This document shows positions 39,072 through 49,915 of a stretch of DNA of 64,000 nt, in pieces. The stretch is taken from the IMG/VR virus record IMGVR_UViG_3300050821_000359, positions 3,265 to 67,264 of that record; one strand, 5' to 3'. Numbering within the stretch: the first letter of the stretch is position 1; every line of letters starts with the position of its first letter. The notes under the pieces are model-generated. The model saw nothing but the letters and a program-made list of their open reading frames with translations, did not search any database and was not told the DNA's origin. Origin of the DNA: a virus. A program made the position numbers and the translations under genes.

Positions 39072-41888
39072 TTATTGTGCTACTGGCCGCATTCCCTGTT
39101 TACCGGGCATAGAGTAGCCGATTATTTTACCTTTAACATAAACAGGAATCTCATTCGGACGAGCATTTGGATCAGACTTGGTATTGGCAGAATTAGGCTG
39201 CGTACCTTGTCCTTGCTTTTGTCCTTGGCCGGGTTCCCACGGTGTATCTTTTCCGTACTTCTGAGCTAGATTGGTAAAAGATGCAGGAATATTATCCATG
39301 TGCATCCCACCTGATTGTTTTTCAAATGCTTCGTCAAATGGCTTGATCTTCCCATACATAATGTCAGTATATAATGAACCTAGCGCATTAATTTGATTTA
39401 ACGAATTCTCAGGAGTCATGTTTTTCATTAAGGCTTCTACTTGCGGTTTATCAGGAGCGAAACCACCGGCTAGAACTTTACCCATTTCGCCGTTAATGGC
39501 GTTAGTAAGTCCTGATAGTCTAGAGAAGGCAGTACCGCCAGTATGATAGTTAAACTCATTCTCTAACTTGTTAAGTATCGGATACTGACCAGCACCTTCG
39601 CCTTTACCTGCAACTTCTTTAGCAGCATCTAACAATAGATTTAGGTGGTTAGCAACGCCCGACGCCGCGAATACTGTCTTTCCAACCTGACTATTAGGGT
39701 TGCCGTAAGCTGCAAGATTCTTGTAATTAGCTTCTTTGTAGTTAGGATTAAGCTGAGTAACAATATCTAGCAACCCTTGCTGATCCATTCTAGCTGATTT
39801 AAACCACAACTTATTAGAGGCAACATTCAAAGGTGCTTTGTATTTAGCAATTTGCAATGCGTCTCTGATAGCTTCTGGATCAAGAGTTACACCTTGACCT
39901 TGTAGATTCGTAACAACGTCTTTAGGGTCCATACGAAGAACATTGTCCGGAACCTGAGCCTTATCAAGAGTATCTACCATTTCTTGTTTCTTTTGTTCGG
40001 CTGCTGAGTCTAAAGCAGTTTTATTCTTGGCTCTTTGCTCAAGGGCATTTGTCTGAATGTCAGTTTTAGTTTGTTCGCTATGCGCTTGAATTTGGGCAGC
40101 CCGATAACTGTCTACCTTTTCAATATTATCAAAACCACCTAGTAACGCCGTCATAGCAGAACCAGCAGCCTGTGTTTCAGGTTTACTCATAAGATGTGCG
40201 ATAGCTTGCCGGTAGCTTCCACTTTCCGCTAATGCAGGCATGAACTGAGCAATTGCTGATGACAGGGCCGGATTTTCTTTAGCTGCTTCGGCTAGATTGG
40301 GAACCTTAAAGTTATCAGAATTATTCACATTTTCTGAGGGTAACTGAGAGTTATTTAAACCGCCCACCATCGTACTAATGGAATCTACATATTTTTGACC
40401 ATTAGGCGTTATTTTGCCATCAACCAATCCCCCGCCGTATGCCGCCAAAGCCATTCTAGGGTCTTTATATTGCTGCAAAAGTTGGGACAGATATTTAGCA
40501 GTCCCTTCTACGTTTTGTGTTGGATTATGGGGATCGGTGACTCCTAGCATTTTAGCCGTACTCGGAAGTAACTGCCCAAGTCCCATTGCGCCAGATGTAG
40601 GATTATTTTGAACATTAGGGTTACCACCTGACTCTTGCTGAATAACACCTTTTACCAAAGCGTTGAAACTGTCTGCTGGCATAATGTCTTTGACCTGATC
40701 GGCATACTTTTGAGCCACTTGATCGGCTAAACTAGATACAGCTTCATTTTTAAGGTTAGGTTGTGTCAACATTCCGAGATTTTGCGGAACAGTTCCGGCA
40801 TTATTGTTGTTTGCTTTTTCTAAAGTGTCTTGAAAATTTTGAAAGTTCTGTTTAGCGATGCCCCATTGCGCCGCTTGTGTATAAAAACTCATAGCCATTC
40901 TAAGACCCATAGGCGAACTGTCTAATAATGGATTGTCTGCCCAATTCTTACCAGTCTCTTTTGCCCACTGGCGTACGTTTGGTCCTAAAAGTTTGCTGGC
41001 CTTTAGACTTGGATCGACAATAAGGTAATCCATGTCCCACTGAGGGACACCTTTAGCATCAGTTACTTGATTGCCATTGGAGTCTCGGCGGGGCACTCTC
41101 ATATAAGGAATAGCGTTATCTTCTGTTATATTATATTTTTTAAGATCGTCATATGTCGCAACACCTTTAACATATGTTGGGAACTCGCCTTGTACACGAT
41201 CAGCTAGGTCTTTAAATTGTTCAATATATTTGTCGTTTTGCTCGGCATCTTCTTTGCCCATTTGACGAGCCATGCTGTACATACGCATGTTAGTCTCGGT
41301 CACCTGTGCGCGCCTTGCAAAATCTTGCTGAGCCTGTTCCTTTGGTTTCTCCTGTTGCTGTTCGTTAGTCTGAAAACCTTGTTGAAAACCTTGCTGTGCG
41401 GCTTGACCGGCAGCGTTGGGACCATGTTGTCCTAATCCTGTAAAAGCACCTGATAACGCTTCTAGTGCGATTGCCATTCCTATATGAGCATTACTAATAG
41501 GAAGGGGAACCTTTTGCATATTTCCTTCAGCATCCACAGTGTACTTATATCTAGGACCACCAGCTAAGGCTAGCGCCACATCGTGAAACATACTGGCTTT
41601 TTGGACAGCAGGGGGCACAGTTGGTTTAGTAGGAGCGGGAGCAGTGGTTTGTGGACCTTGCCCTTGTGGTGCTTGAGGCGGTTGTCCTTGAGGAGCAGTG
41701 TTGCCCAACGGAGGATTAAGTGCTGGCACATTCCCCTGAAAACCGTTACTAGGTTGTGGGGGAGTCTGTGTGGGTTGCTGTGACTCTGAGGCATCCGGAG
41801 TATCTGTACTTAGTATCTGACCGTCATTTGGTAGGCTGACTTGCCCTTGCGCAAAAGGTGCAGATGTTGTTGTTTGTGTATCGTCCAT
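39072..41888 (-). CDS. internal virion protein with lytic transglycosylase (SLT) domain
   Basis: IQQESGGNP, GAMGLGQL, NVEGTAKYL, ALAAYGGG. Confidence 0.85.
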   Translation of the reverse strand: MDDTQTTTSAPFAQGQVSLPNDGQILSTDTPDASESQQPTQTPPQPSNGFQGNVPALNPPLGNTAPQGQPPQAPQGQGPQTTAPAPTKPTVPPAVQKASMFHDVALALAGGPRYKYTVDAEGNMQKVPLPISNAHIGMAIALEALSGAFTGLGQHGPNAAGQAAQQGFQQGFQTNEQQQEKPKEQAQQDFARRAQVTETNMRMYSMARQMGKEDAEQNDKYIEQFKDLADRVQGEFPTYVKGVATYDDLKKYNITEDNAIPYMRVPRRDSNGNQVTDAKGVPQWDMDYLIVDPSLKASKLLGPNVRQWAKETGKNWADNPLLDSSPMGLRMAMSFYTQAAQWGIAKQNFQNFQDTLEKANNNNAGTVPQNLGMLTQPNLKNEAVSSLADQVAQKYADQVKDIMPADSFNALVKGVIQQESGGNPNVQNNPTSGAMGLGQLLPSTAKMLGVTDPHNPTQNVEGTAKYLSQLLQQYKDPRMALAAYGGGLVDGKITPNGQKYVDSISTMVGGLNNSQLPSENVNNSDNFKVPNLAEAAKENPALSSAIAQFMPALAESGSYRQAIAHLMSKPETQAAGSAMTALLGGFDNIEKVDSYRAAQIQAHSEQTKTDIQTNALEQRAKNKTALDSAAEQKKQEMVDTLDKAQVPDNVLRMDPKDVVTNLQGQGVTLDPEAIRDALQIAKYKAPLNVASNKLWFKSARMDQQGLLDIVTQLNPNYKEANYKNLAAYGNPNSQVGKTVFAASGVANHLNLLLDAAKEVAGKGEGAGQYPILNKLENEFNYHTGGTAFSRLSGLTNAINGEMGKVLAGGFAPDKPQVEALMKNMTPENSLNQINALGSLYTDIMYGKIKPFDEAFEKQSGGMHMDNIPASFTNLAQKYGKDTPWEPGQGQKQGQGTQPNSANTKSDPNARPNEIPVYVKGKIIGYSMPGKQGMRPVAQ

Positions 41889-41897
41889 TATTTCCTC

Positions 41898-42695
41898 TTA
41901 ATCACTATTAGGTCCATATGGTGCGTTGGGATTGGGTGCTTGTGGCGCAGGTTGTGTTGCACTGGTTGCTCCATTTAACAGTGTGCTCAACCCACCAGAA
42001 GCAAATGCTCCGCCAACCTGACCTAATGCGCCTGTAACAGCACTTACCCATGAATTGTTTTCTTGTGCAATTTGGTTAGCCGTATTTGCTGCTGCTGTTC
42101 CTGCACCTGTAGCTGCATTAGCAGTAGAAGTAGCAGGATTAAATACATTAGGAGCGCCAGCTAACCCGCTTACCGCATTTTCATAATTCTGTCTGCCTAC
42201 TGCGTAGTTTTGTTCAGTAATTTGTCCTAATTCTGTAGAAGTTTGGTTAGCAGCGTTTTCTGCTAACGATGCTTCTATTCCAGTTTGTGTTCCACTAGGG
42301 AGTGAGACATTGCCCCCACCTTCTGCTGATAGCGCATTTCCGACAGCTTCTTTGGCATTTCTATAACCTACTCCAGCTTGTGTAATAGCCTGCGAATTAA
42401 GATTAGAAAGTTCTTGAGCAGAAAACCCTTGCTGATTAGGTCCAGCATTAACAGTCGGTGTAAAAGTATTTAATAGGTCTTGAAATACTGTAGAAGAATT
42501 TCCGAAAACCGTTCCAGCTTGTTGCTGTACTTGGTTCATAAAATTTTGCTGACTAGCGCCGATTTGTTGTTGCTGCTGCGTAGCGCCGCAGGTTAGCTCA
42601 ACAGGACCGGCATATTCAAACCATTCATCTAAGACTTTTACGTACTGTTTACGCGATTCGCACCATTCAAATCGTGTCAATGTGTGTACTTTCAT
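41898..42695 (-). CDS. small ejection/pilot protein (P22 gp7-like position)
   Basis: Leader ending EYAGPVELTCG, then Q/N/A/G-rich body. Confidence 0.55.
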   Translation of the reverse strand: MKVHTLTRFEWCESRKQYVKVLDEWFEYAGPVELTCGATQQQQQIGASQQNFMNQVQQQAGTVFGNSSTVFQDLLNTFTPTVNAGPNQQGFSAQELSNLNSQAITQAGVGYRNAKEAVGNALSAEGGGNVSLPSGTQTGIEASLAENAANQTSTELGQITEQNYAVGRQNYENAVSGLAGAPNVFNPATSTANAATGAGTAAANTANQIAQENNSWVSAVTGALGQVGGAFASGGLSTLLNGATSATQPAPQAPNPNAPYGPNSD

Positions 42696-43099
42696 TATAC
42701 CGCCTTATAAAGCAAATCGCAAGGGCCGTCTTGAAACCCTAACCTTTTGATACAAAACTTTCTTAACAATGGAGACGTACTGTGGAAAACAAATCCTGAA
42801 AACCCATTTTGTCGAGCGTTTTCTTCTAATTTAGGAAACTCTTCTAACATTGTTTTCATATTTCTTCTAAAGTCGTTATTGTTTAAATACTGTATATCCA
42901 ATCTAATAATTTTTTTATCTGATCCCAGACTGACAGCCTGCCCTCTTAGAAAGAGAACAAGTCCGTCATCATCTTCGTAAACATTACAAATTGCATCCGG
43001 ATCATAAAAAAACTCAGGCGGCGTTTCCGAATGATATTCGTCTGTTAGTAGACTAGTTGCTAACAATTCATAATCGTTTTGTTCTAATCGTCTTATCAT
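42695..43099 (-). CDS. GNAT-like virion morphogenesis protein
   Basis: MIRRLE..D, ...KRLGF; upstream of the ejection genes. Confidence 0.5.
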   Translation of the reverse strand: MIRRLEQNDYELLATSLLTDEYHSETPPEFFYDPDAICNVYEDDDGLVLFLRGQAVSLGSDKKIIRLDIQYLNNNDFRRNMKTMLEEFPKLEENARQNGFSGFVFHSTSPLLRKFCIKRLGFQDGPCDLLYKAV

Positions 43100-43329
43100 T
43101 TTGGTATATATAGCCGCCTTTGTGGAACCATTGTCGTAAATGTTTGTCGCAATGAATCGGTATTAGTCTGCCATACTTGCGGCAACGCACACCTTAGAAA
43201 AGGATTTCTAACCGGTTGTGTCGGTGCCGCTGCAAAAGGAATACTAGGATCACGATTCGGTTGCTTAATAGGTTCAGAAGAACTATAGTTTTGTGAATAA
43301 TTAGTTAATGCATCGCTTAAACTTGGCAT
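43096..43329 (-). CDS. hypothetical tail-associated protein
   Basis: 77 aa, ATGA-coupled to the next gene. Confidence 0.55.
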   Translation of the reverse strand: MPSLSDALTNYSQNYSSSEPIKQPNRDPSIPFAAAPTQPVRNPFLRCALPQVWQTNTDSLRQTFTTMVPQRRLYIPK

Positions 43330-43796
43330 AGTTTCTTATCCTCATAGGTATCAAGATAATTAATGGCCGATTTTAACATCTCTTTACTATCTTTAAACCT
43401 TCCTAGAGCCGTGTTACATCCGTCACATAGAAGTCCACGAATGCATTTGCCACAAGTTTTTCTTTCCGGACAACATGCGTGATCGTGATCTACATTAACT
43501 TTTGCCATAACACATTTACAGATAGCACATGTGTTGCCTTGGGAATCTAGTAAACTATTAAATTGGTCCAGAGTCATTCCATATAAACGCTTTAAATCAT
43601 TCTTTTTAAAATAATCTGGATTATTTAAATTCCACCTATCATTGTACAGTTTTTTCCTTTCAGGACTTAGCTTAGGAGGATATTTCTTTGATCGTTCGGC
43701 GCGACAAGTTCGACAGTGCCTATGCTTGTTTTTGTGCATATAAATATTTTCTTCAGTAAAAGGATGCCCTCGCTTACAGTGTGATCGTAATGTCAT
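43317..43796 (-). CDS. endonuclease VII-like homing endonuclease
   Basis: HCKRGH..CRTC; CAIC, VDHDH.CC...CG.CIRGLLC..CN. Confidence 0.9.
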   Translation of the reverse strand: MTLRSHCKRGHPFTEENIYMHKNKHRHCRTCRAERSKKYPPKLSPERKKLYNDRWNLNNPDYFKKNDLKRLYGMTLDQFNSLLDSQGNTCAICKCVMAKVNVDHDHACCPERKTCGKCIRGLLCDGCNTALGRFKDSKEMLKSAINYLDTYEDKKLCQV

Positions 43797-43819
43797 TTTA
43801 TCCTTATAAGTTGTTGATT

Positions 43820-46573
43820 CTAAATCTCTTGGTAAAACGAACCAAATATTGTCATAGAAAGCAACTCGTTCTGAACCGTGTCAGTTGGCGACCAGACTAT
43901 CTGAATTTGACAATGACGCATTGTTGCTGCTTCATCAGGTAAGTCAGATAGATAGAATCTTTGACTATACAAGGATTGGGATTCACGAAGACCCGGAGGG
44001 TCATACTCCCATCTTTTGATATAGTCAATTGGTCCCGTATAGTAAGGCAATGCTTCATCTACAAGAATTCCTATGAATAATGGAGAACCTGTTTTAACCG
44101 AATCAGTAGTTACAAATGCTACTGCCGCTACTTGACCGGGTTGTGCCAGTACACACGAACCAATGGTAGCATTGGCGATATAAGGGATTAAATTGTCAGT
44201 AAACACTGTCGTATCTCTATAAAGAATTTGGGTTGTCGCATTCGTTGGTCCGATCATCAATCGATGCACACCGGGAGATGTTTCAATACTTTGGATAGCT
44301 TTTATACCACCGTTAATTCTTGCGTATGGCGACCATGTTAGTCCTGTCTCTGGTGCAGGAGTTGTCATTAGTCTGTACCAGCCAAATTGTCCATCTCCCA
44401 CATACCATGCTTGATCTTCACCTTCTGTGTGCCAAGTTACGTAAACTAAACTAGGAACCCAAGCAGTACCGGGGAGTCCGTTGCTAGTTGCCAACAAATC
44501 TCCTATAGGAAACCCAACGTATGATACCGAATCAGAAGGATCAATTGTTACAAATTCACTATCAGTTGTAAACAGACCAATTACCGATCCGTTTGTTCCC
44601 AGAGCATTGTAACTTGGAAGTCCGATTCCCGGAAGAATCGGTACAGCAGCTTGCAGTGGATTGTTAGTAGTCCCGTTTCCTTGTATTAAATAAACATCTG
44701 ATACCGTAAACACAAACAATCCAACGGGTGTTGGAACAAGCCTAGTCACTAATGAAGATACAGCCGAAAAATTAGTCGCCGGTATGTATCCATTGATTCC
44801 ATTTCCTACCGGAGTATCTGGTCCTGCCGTCCAATAAACAACATTTCCAACACTATAAAATATTCTATCGAGATGGTATGTAAGGTTCTTTGCGCCATAT
44901 TGCGGAATAGTGTTCTCTAGACCTAATGGTGCGCTGATGAGATTGTTTAATCCGGTATCAGGAGTTGTGTCTACGTACCCATTTAGCATATAGTCTTCCA
45001 GAGAAAGGGTGTAGCCACCTTCCGGACCCGGTATTAGAAATGGAACTGATTGCCCGTCAGTAGTTCTAAAAATCGCCACATAGTCAGTCTGTGTGTCAAT
45101 AGACAGGTTAGGAGAAACGGAAAATTGTTTAGTACTAAGCCCTGATCCGGCTGTTAAATAAACACCTTGTGATCCGTTTATGTTGCCGGTAGCTGGCGAT
45201 AAGGTTGAAACATTTGATACAGTATTGTCCAAAGTATTAACTAAAGCAACACAATATTTCCACCCTCCGTTAGATGCACTAATGGCCCCTGTGTAGACTA
45301 CCGTCCAAGTAATTGTGTTATCTGCTGTTGTCTGTCCAAGAATTGTTGCCCACGATGGAGCAGTTGTTCCGGACATTCCGCCACTCGTAGAATGCTGTAT
45401 ATTGCCGTTGGAATCTAATATAAAAATTCCCGCTCCGTACCCGGAACTCGCAGTCCAATTTACTAAGCCATCTTGAGGATTAGGTATGAAATTTGGATTA
45501 TATGCCGATAAACTAGGGTTAATAGGAATAGTTTTAGAGTTATCTAATCCCCATGTTTCAACTGGAATGCCTTTATTTAACCAAACCGCAGTATTGTCTA
45601 TTATAAAATTTGGAGCAAACGCCATCGCAGGAGCACTAAATGTTCCATTAGGTTGCTGCACTTGGTCGGTAATACTAGAGGGCGCAGGACCGACAGGTTG
45701 CGTGTTTCCTGTAACCGGGTTTCCTCCATTAATCGCTACTACGCTAATATGTTCTACAGTGCTTCCCGGACTGACTAAATAATTGACAGGATACTGCAAT
45801 GTTATTGTTGTACCACTAATACCAGTGACCGTCGCTTTTTGGTATTCTAACCATGTAGCTGCCATTGTTCCGGGAAATGTTATTACATCTCCTGTATTTA
45901 GTACTCCAGTAACACTGATACTAGAAGTCAATGTTAATTGCGGTCCTATCCCCGGAGTAGGCGCAGTCAGGTGAGTAGCAACAATTGGGACAGCAGTCCC
46001 TAACAGTTGCATCATATTTCCGTTAGAGTCTATAAAAAACGTAGTCAAAAACGGATTAACCTGCAAATTAATAACAGTATTGGCAGTCCATCCAAACAGA
46101 GTTTGTAGCCACTTCCTATTATCTACACCATCAGCAAAGTAAAGTGTATTTCCAACACTTTGCATATATGATTGACCTGCTCCTGTGCTTTTTGTAAATA
46201 CTAGGTTCTTGGTGTTTCCGTTTGTTGAATAGAGAGCATTCGCTTGGTCCACCATTACATCAATTTGTTCAGTAGTAGTATTTGATAATCTAAAGGAATA
46301 AAATCTATCAACATTAGAGTAACTGTTATTATCATAAATACTAGTACCGGGACGACGCGCTAATGTCAATTTATTAGTAACTTCTACGTTTAGTCCTGCT
46401 ATAAGGGCATCCCCTGACGGTCCATAAAACTTTTCAGTCAACCTAGTAGTGTTTGCGTCTCTTAGGGGAGAACGATTAGTCCAGATGCCGGAACTCCAGC
46501 GCCCGGTCGCAATCGCGGCCCATCTGGTTTGTTTCTGTGCCGTTGCACCATTTAAAGCTAAGTTGTTAGACAT
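43820..46573 (-). CDS. tail tube/nozzle (packaged-DNA stabilisation)-like protein
   Basis: 917 aa, beta-rich, N-terminal L.RRPG; position before GNAT and ejection genes. Confidence 0.6.
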   Translation of the reverse strand: MSNNLALNGATAQKQTRWAAIATGRWSSGIWTNRSPLRDANTTRLTEKFYGPSGDALIAGLNVEVTNKLTLARRPGTSIYDNNSYSNVDRFYSFRLSNTTTEQIDVMVDQANALYSTNGNTKNLVFTKSTGAGQSYMQSVGNTLYFADGVDNRKWLQTLFGWTANTVINLQVNPFLTTFFIDSNGNMMQLLGTAVPIVATHLTAPTPGIGPQLTLTSSISVTGVLNTGDVITFPGTMAATWLEYQKATVTGISGTTITLQYPVNYLVSPGSTVEHISVVAINGGNPVTGNTQPVGPAPSSITDQVQQPNGTFSAPAMAFAPNFIIDNTAVWLNKGIPVETWGLDNSKTIPINPSLSAYNPNFIPNPQDGLVNWTASSGYGAGIFILDSNGNIQHSTSGGMSGTTAPSWATILGQTTADNTITWTVVYTGAISASNGGWKYCVALVNTLDNTVSNVSTLSPATGNINGSQGVYLTAGSGLSTKQFSVSPNLSIDTQTDYVAIFRTTDGQSVPFLIPGPEGGYTLSLEDYMLNGYVDTTPDTGLNNLISAPLGLENTIPQYGAKNLTYHLDRIFYSVGNVVYWTAGPDTPVGNGINGYIPATNFSAVSSLVTRLVPTPVGLFVFTVSDVYLIQGNGTTNNPLQAAVPILPGIGLPSYNALGTNGSVIGLFTTDSEFVTIDPSDSVSYVGFPIGDLLATSNGLPGTAWVPSLVYVTWHTEGEDQAWYVGDGQFGWYRLMTTPAPETGLTWSPYARINGGIKAIQSIETSPGVHRLMIGPTNATTQILYRDTTVFTDNLIPYIANATIGSCVLAQPGQVAAVAFVTTDSVKTGSPLFIGILVDEALPYYTGPIDYIKRWEYDPPGLRESQSLYSQRFYLSDLPDEAATMRHCQIQIVWSPTDTVQNELLSMTIFGSFYQEI

Positions 46574-46591
46574 AAGATTCCTTCCGTTCCT

Positions 46592-46939
46592 CTAACTAGG
46601 TATCCACGCATCTGTATTAAACGGAGAAGGTGAACTAAGAACTTGTACTAAATTTGGACCCCAAACTAATTGACCATTTGGAGTGTATGCGGAAACGTGA
46701 TAACCTGTTGCGTTAGGAGTCATAGCATCATTCGGCCATATATTTTGCGCAGGAGATAATAATATATTACCAGTCGGACCTAGATTAATTTGTATTTCGT
46801 ATCCTGCACAAACCAGTGTGGATGAATTGACAACACAATCTTGAGATAGTCTAAATTTTAAATAACCGTTAGCAACGGCTGGTATAGGTCCGAAGTGCGG
46901 CTCTGCAAATGTTCCAGTTAGCTGATTGACAACTGACAT
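46592..46939 (-). CDS. small tail accessory protein, paralog of 53436-53732
   Basis: VANGYLKFRLSQD vs VANGTLRIRLSQD. Confidence 0.6.
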   Translation of the reverse strand: MSVVNQLTGTFAEPHFGPIPAVANGYLKFRLSQDCVVNSSTLVCAGYEIQINLGPTGNILLSPAQNIWPNDAMTPNATGYHVSAYTPNGQLVWGPNLVQVLSSPSPFNTDAWIPS

Positions 46940-47229
46940 TAAGTACTCCCATTACCGTTACTTGAACCGGTGGTTTTTGTATTTAGTATATTTCTAATTT
47001 GATTAGCACCGTACAAGGGTCCAGAAACAGTCAAGATAAACTCTCCACCAGTAGTTAAAAAATTATCAAATTGTTCAATAGTAATTGTTTTTCTCCAGAC
47101 TAATACACCGAACGTAACACCAATTCCTAGTATAAATGCTACAACCAATCCCATAACCACGCGAACAGAGGAACCAGAACCATCTGGTTCGCTGAATACT
47201 GATTTTATAAAGTCTTTCATAAACCTCAA
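46939..47229 (-). CDS. two-TM holin-like protein
   Basis: Two hydrophobic helices, 96 aa. Confidence 0.5.
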   Translation of the reverse strand: MRFMKDFIKSVFSEPDGSGSSVRVVMGLVVAFILGIGVTFGVLVWRKTITIEQFDNFLTTGGEFILTVSGPLYGANQIRNILNTKTTGSSNGNGST

Positions 47230-48425
47230 TGATAAAACATCGTTATTCTTGAATCAATATGCGCTGTGGCGGTTCCGGTTACTGACTGGTCGAACTGAAC
47301 TTGTGTGTCTGCTCCGTGGTCCCATGTTGGGTTGTTTACTGGGATGCCGCATACTGGATTGTTGGATGTATCCGTAACTGTATATGTGATTGGAGAAGCA
47401 CTCGCACTCACATCGTAAACAGTAATAGCAGTGTAACAGTATGAGTTGTAAGAAACTCCTATTCCTCGTGTGCCATACACAACTGTATGATAAACATCAC
47501 CTATCGTAATAGGGAGAGTAGTTATACAACCACCGCTAGGAACTGGACAGAATTTTAAATTAATCCATGCAGAGCATCCTTGCGGACAGGCCCGGTACAT
47601 ATTGACAGTAAACGAATAGTCTAATCCCCATCCATAATAGCCACCCTGATTTTTCGCATAGGCTGTAGCACTAGAATTTAAATTAGTATCTGTTTCAAAG
47701 TTTCTAGGAACTGCCCCTGTGTCAATTTTCCAATAAAATGAATCAATGTAGCCGGTAGACAAATCGACAACCAAACTATTAGTTTTCCATGAAGACGGCC
47801 ATAACATACTTACGTTCGGTGCTGCTGAATTTGCCACGGAAGAGAATGTGGCACCACTACTTACGGAACAACCCGGAAGATTTATTCCCGAAATGTAAGA
47901 AGGGTCTGTCGAATGCGAGTCAGACGTACAATATGATGCATAAGTGGTTGCACCGTAAGTATCAACAATTACTGTTGCGGAGTCTGTTCCTCCCGCCCCT
48001 AGGCCGTTGTCCACCGGAAGTATCCCGGTTCCAGAGGCGGTTACTGTAGGAATTCCCTCAAAAGCACAGCCAGCAGCTACCGCAGCAGTTCTGATAACAG
48101 AAGTCGCATAAAGTTGACCATTATACACAGGAGGAGAGTTTAGCGGGGTGATAGCTGGTGTGCTATTGCAACCCGTTCCAAAGTTTCCTAACTGCTTTCT
48201 AATAGGGGTTACGGAAATTTGGGGAGCAGCAGATGTATAAGTCGCATTGCTATTGGAAGTCATTATTCCAATAAAATCTATAATTTTAGTACCAGTCGCT
48301 AACCCCGGATATAATGTACTAGGGGGCGATAACGTCTGGGGCGCTTGCAAATCTTGACCCAATGCAGGTAAGGTGATAAGGCATAATAAAATTTTAATTA
48401 TGGAAGAATACATGAATATCCCCAT
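47226..48425 (-). CDS. beta-rich Cys-containing protein with signal peptide (fibre module)
   Basis: MYSSIIKILLCLITLPALG|QDLQ; Thr/Ser/Gly-rich. Confidence 0.65.
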   Translation of the reverse strand: MGIFMYSSIIKILLCLITLPALGQDLQAPQTLSPPSTLYPGLATGTKIIDFIGIMTSNSNATYTSAAPQISVTPIRKQLGNFGTGCNSTPAITPLNSPPVYNGQLYATSVIRTAAVAAGCAFEGIPTVTASGTGILPVDNGLGAGGTDSATVIVDTYGATTYASYCTSDSHSTDPSYISGINLPGCSVSSGATFSSVANSAAPNVSMLWPSSWKTNSLVVDLSTGYIDSFYWKIDTGAVPRNFETDTNLNSSATAYAKNQGGYYGWGLDYSFTVNMYRACPQGCSAWINLKFCPVPSGGCITTLPITIGDVYHTVVYGTRGIGVSYNSYCYTAITVYDVSASASPITYTVTDTSNNPVCGIPVNNPTWDHGADTQVQFDQSVTGTATAHIDSRITMFYH

Positions 48426-49915
48426 TTATAGGCGGTAGCTCCTGCTAGAGCCGAGGAGCCTACGCTGGCAACAAAAAGCGTAGAAGAACTAGAACTTTGG
48501 GATACATATACTTGTCCTGTTCCTGACAATGCGGCGGTAGTAGCACTCGCTGGATATATATTACAAACCGGTTGAGACGCATAATTTGTATTTCCGAATG
48601 TAATAGTAACCACGCCTGCACTAGCAACTGGTGACGAACCTGTTGTAACATTTATCCATCCAGCTTGGTCAGAAGACCCGGCAATAAGACTTACCGTAGG
48701 ACTAGTTCCTGCACCTGAGTCTGCTCCTATGGTCGGACTTCCGCTCATAGAAGGATTTAGTGTAATCCAATTATTAGTAGAATAACACTCATAGATAACG
48801 TTATTCGATCCTGTAGGACTTGGGTTAGTCCAGAGTGCTCCGGGCGAACAAGTTGCTGGCAAACTAATAGAGGTAGTTACAGGCAATGTTGTAGGAATAT
48901 ATTGAGTACCATTAAATTCAATGACTTGGTTAAGGGTAGGGGATACTGTGTTTACTGCCACACCTTGAATGGAAGTAGCGTTTCCAGTCAATGTACATCC
49001 AGTGGTAGTTGCTCCTCCATTACTATCTAAACATAACCCGGTTCCGGCTGCTCCGGAAATTGTACCAGAACTTATTAGATTAGAATCCGTTCCTTGGATG
49101 CCAGTTATGAACGCAGAACTTCCGGTAATACTCACATTAGCAAGGGTCAGCGTGCCCGTTAGTGTGCAGCCCACCAGCGTGCAATATGTTGACGCTAAAT
49201 TAGTTGGTTGCCATTGGGTAGCACCCGCATTATAAACTAAGGCATAATTATTTGTTGGAGACGTACTTGACACCGCAAAACCCTGTAAGGATGTTGCGTT
49301 CCCCGTCATAGTGCAGCCAGAAGTAGTCAATCCGTGCCCTGCATCGAGACATACGCTTGTTCCTGCTGCGCCCGAAATTGTGCCAGAAGTTATTAAATTA
49401 CTATCAGTTCCTTGTGTTCCAGTAATAAACGCAGAACTTCCGGTGAATGACATACTAGGTAGTGTCAATGTTCCGGTCAACGTGCAACCGCCTAACGAGC
49501 AATAGCTTCCGCTAACTGAATTTGAATTAAATGGTGTCCTAACGTCCGTAATTCCGGTAATTAACCCGTTGGAAACTACGACAATTGCTATCGGAATCTG
49601 GGTAGATGTGAACACAGATGTACTAACGGTTACTGCGCATGAAGCGGTAGTATCTAAATATATATAACTTGTCGCATTAGTATTAAGTTGAAAAACTGAC
49701 GCTACGGCAGTACGAACTGTACTTCCACAAAAAGCGGTGCCCGGACCTATGTCTAAAAATGGACCACCCCCGGCGTCAATAGTCGGTGCATAACCGGGGG
49801 CCACTCCATTAGTATATTTAGCGTTAACATCGTATAGAGGAGCAGTAGAAGTTTGTGGACTTTGTGCAAACATACAAGTCGCAAACATTAACAAAATGGG
49901 TAATAGAAATTTCAT
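48398..49915 (-). CDS. tail-fibre-like protein with signal peptide and internal duplication
   Basis: MKFLLPILLMFATCMFA|QSPQ; two ~105-aa repeats starting YC.L.GCTLTGTLTL. Confidence 0.7.
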   Translation of the reverse strand: MKFLLPILLMFATCMFAQSPQTSTAPLYDVNAKYTNGVAPGYAPTIDAGGGPFLDIGPGTAFCGSTVRTAVASVFQLNTNATSYIYLDTTASCAVTVSTSVFTSTQIPIAIVVVSNGLITGITDVRTPFNSNSVSGSYCSLGGCTLTGTLTLPSMSFTGSSAFITGTQGTDSNLITSGTISGAAGTSVCLDAGHGLTTSGCTMTGNATSLQGFAVSSTSPTNNYALVYNAGATQWQPTNLASTYCTLVGCTLTGTLTLANVSITGSSAFITGIQGTDSNLISSGTISGAAGTGLCLDSNGGATTTGCTLTGNATSIQGVAVNTVSPTLNQVIEFNGTQYIPTTLPVTTSISLPATCSPGALWTNPSPTGSNNVIYECYSTNNWITLNPSMSGSPTIGADSGAGTSPTVSLIAGSSDQAGWINVTTGSSPVASAGVVTITFGNTNYASQPVCNIYPASATTAALSGTGQVYVSQSSSSSTLFVASVGSSALAGATAYKWGYSCILP

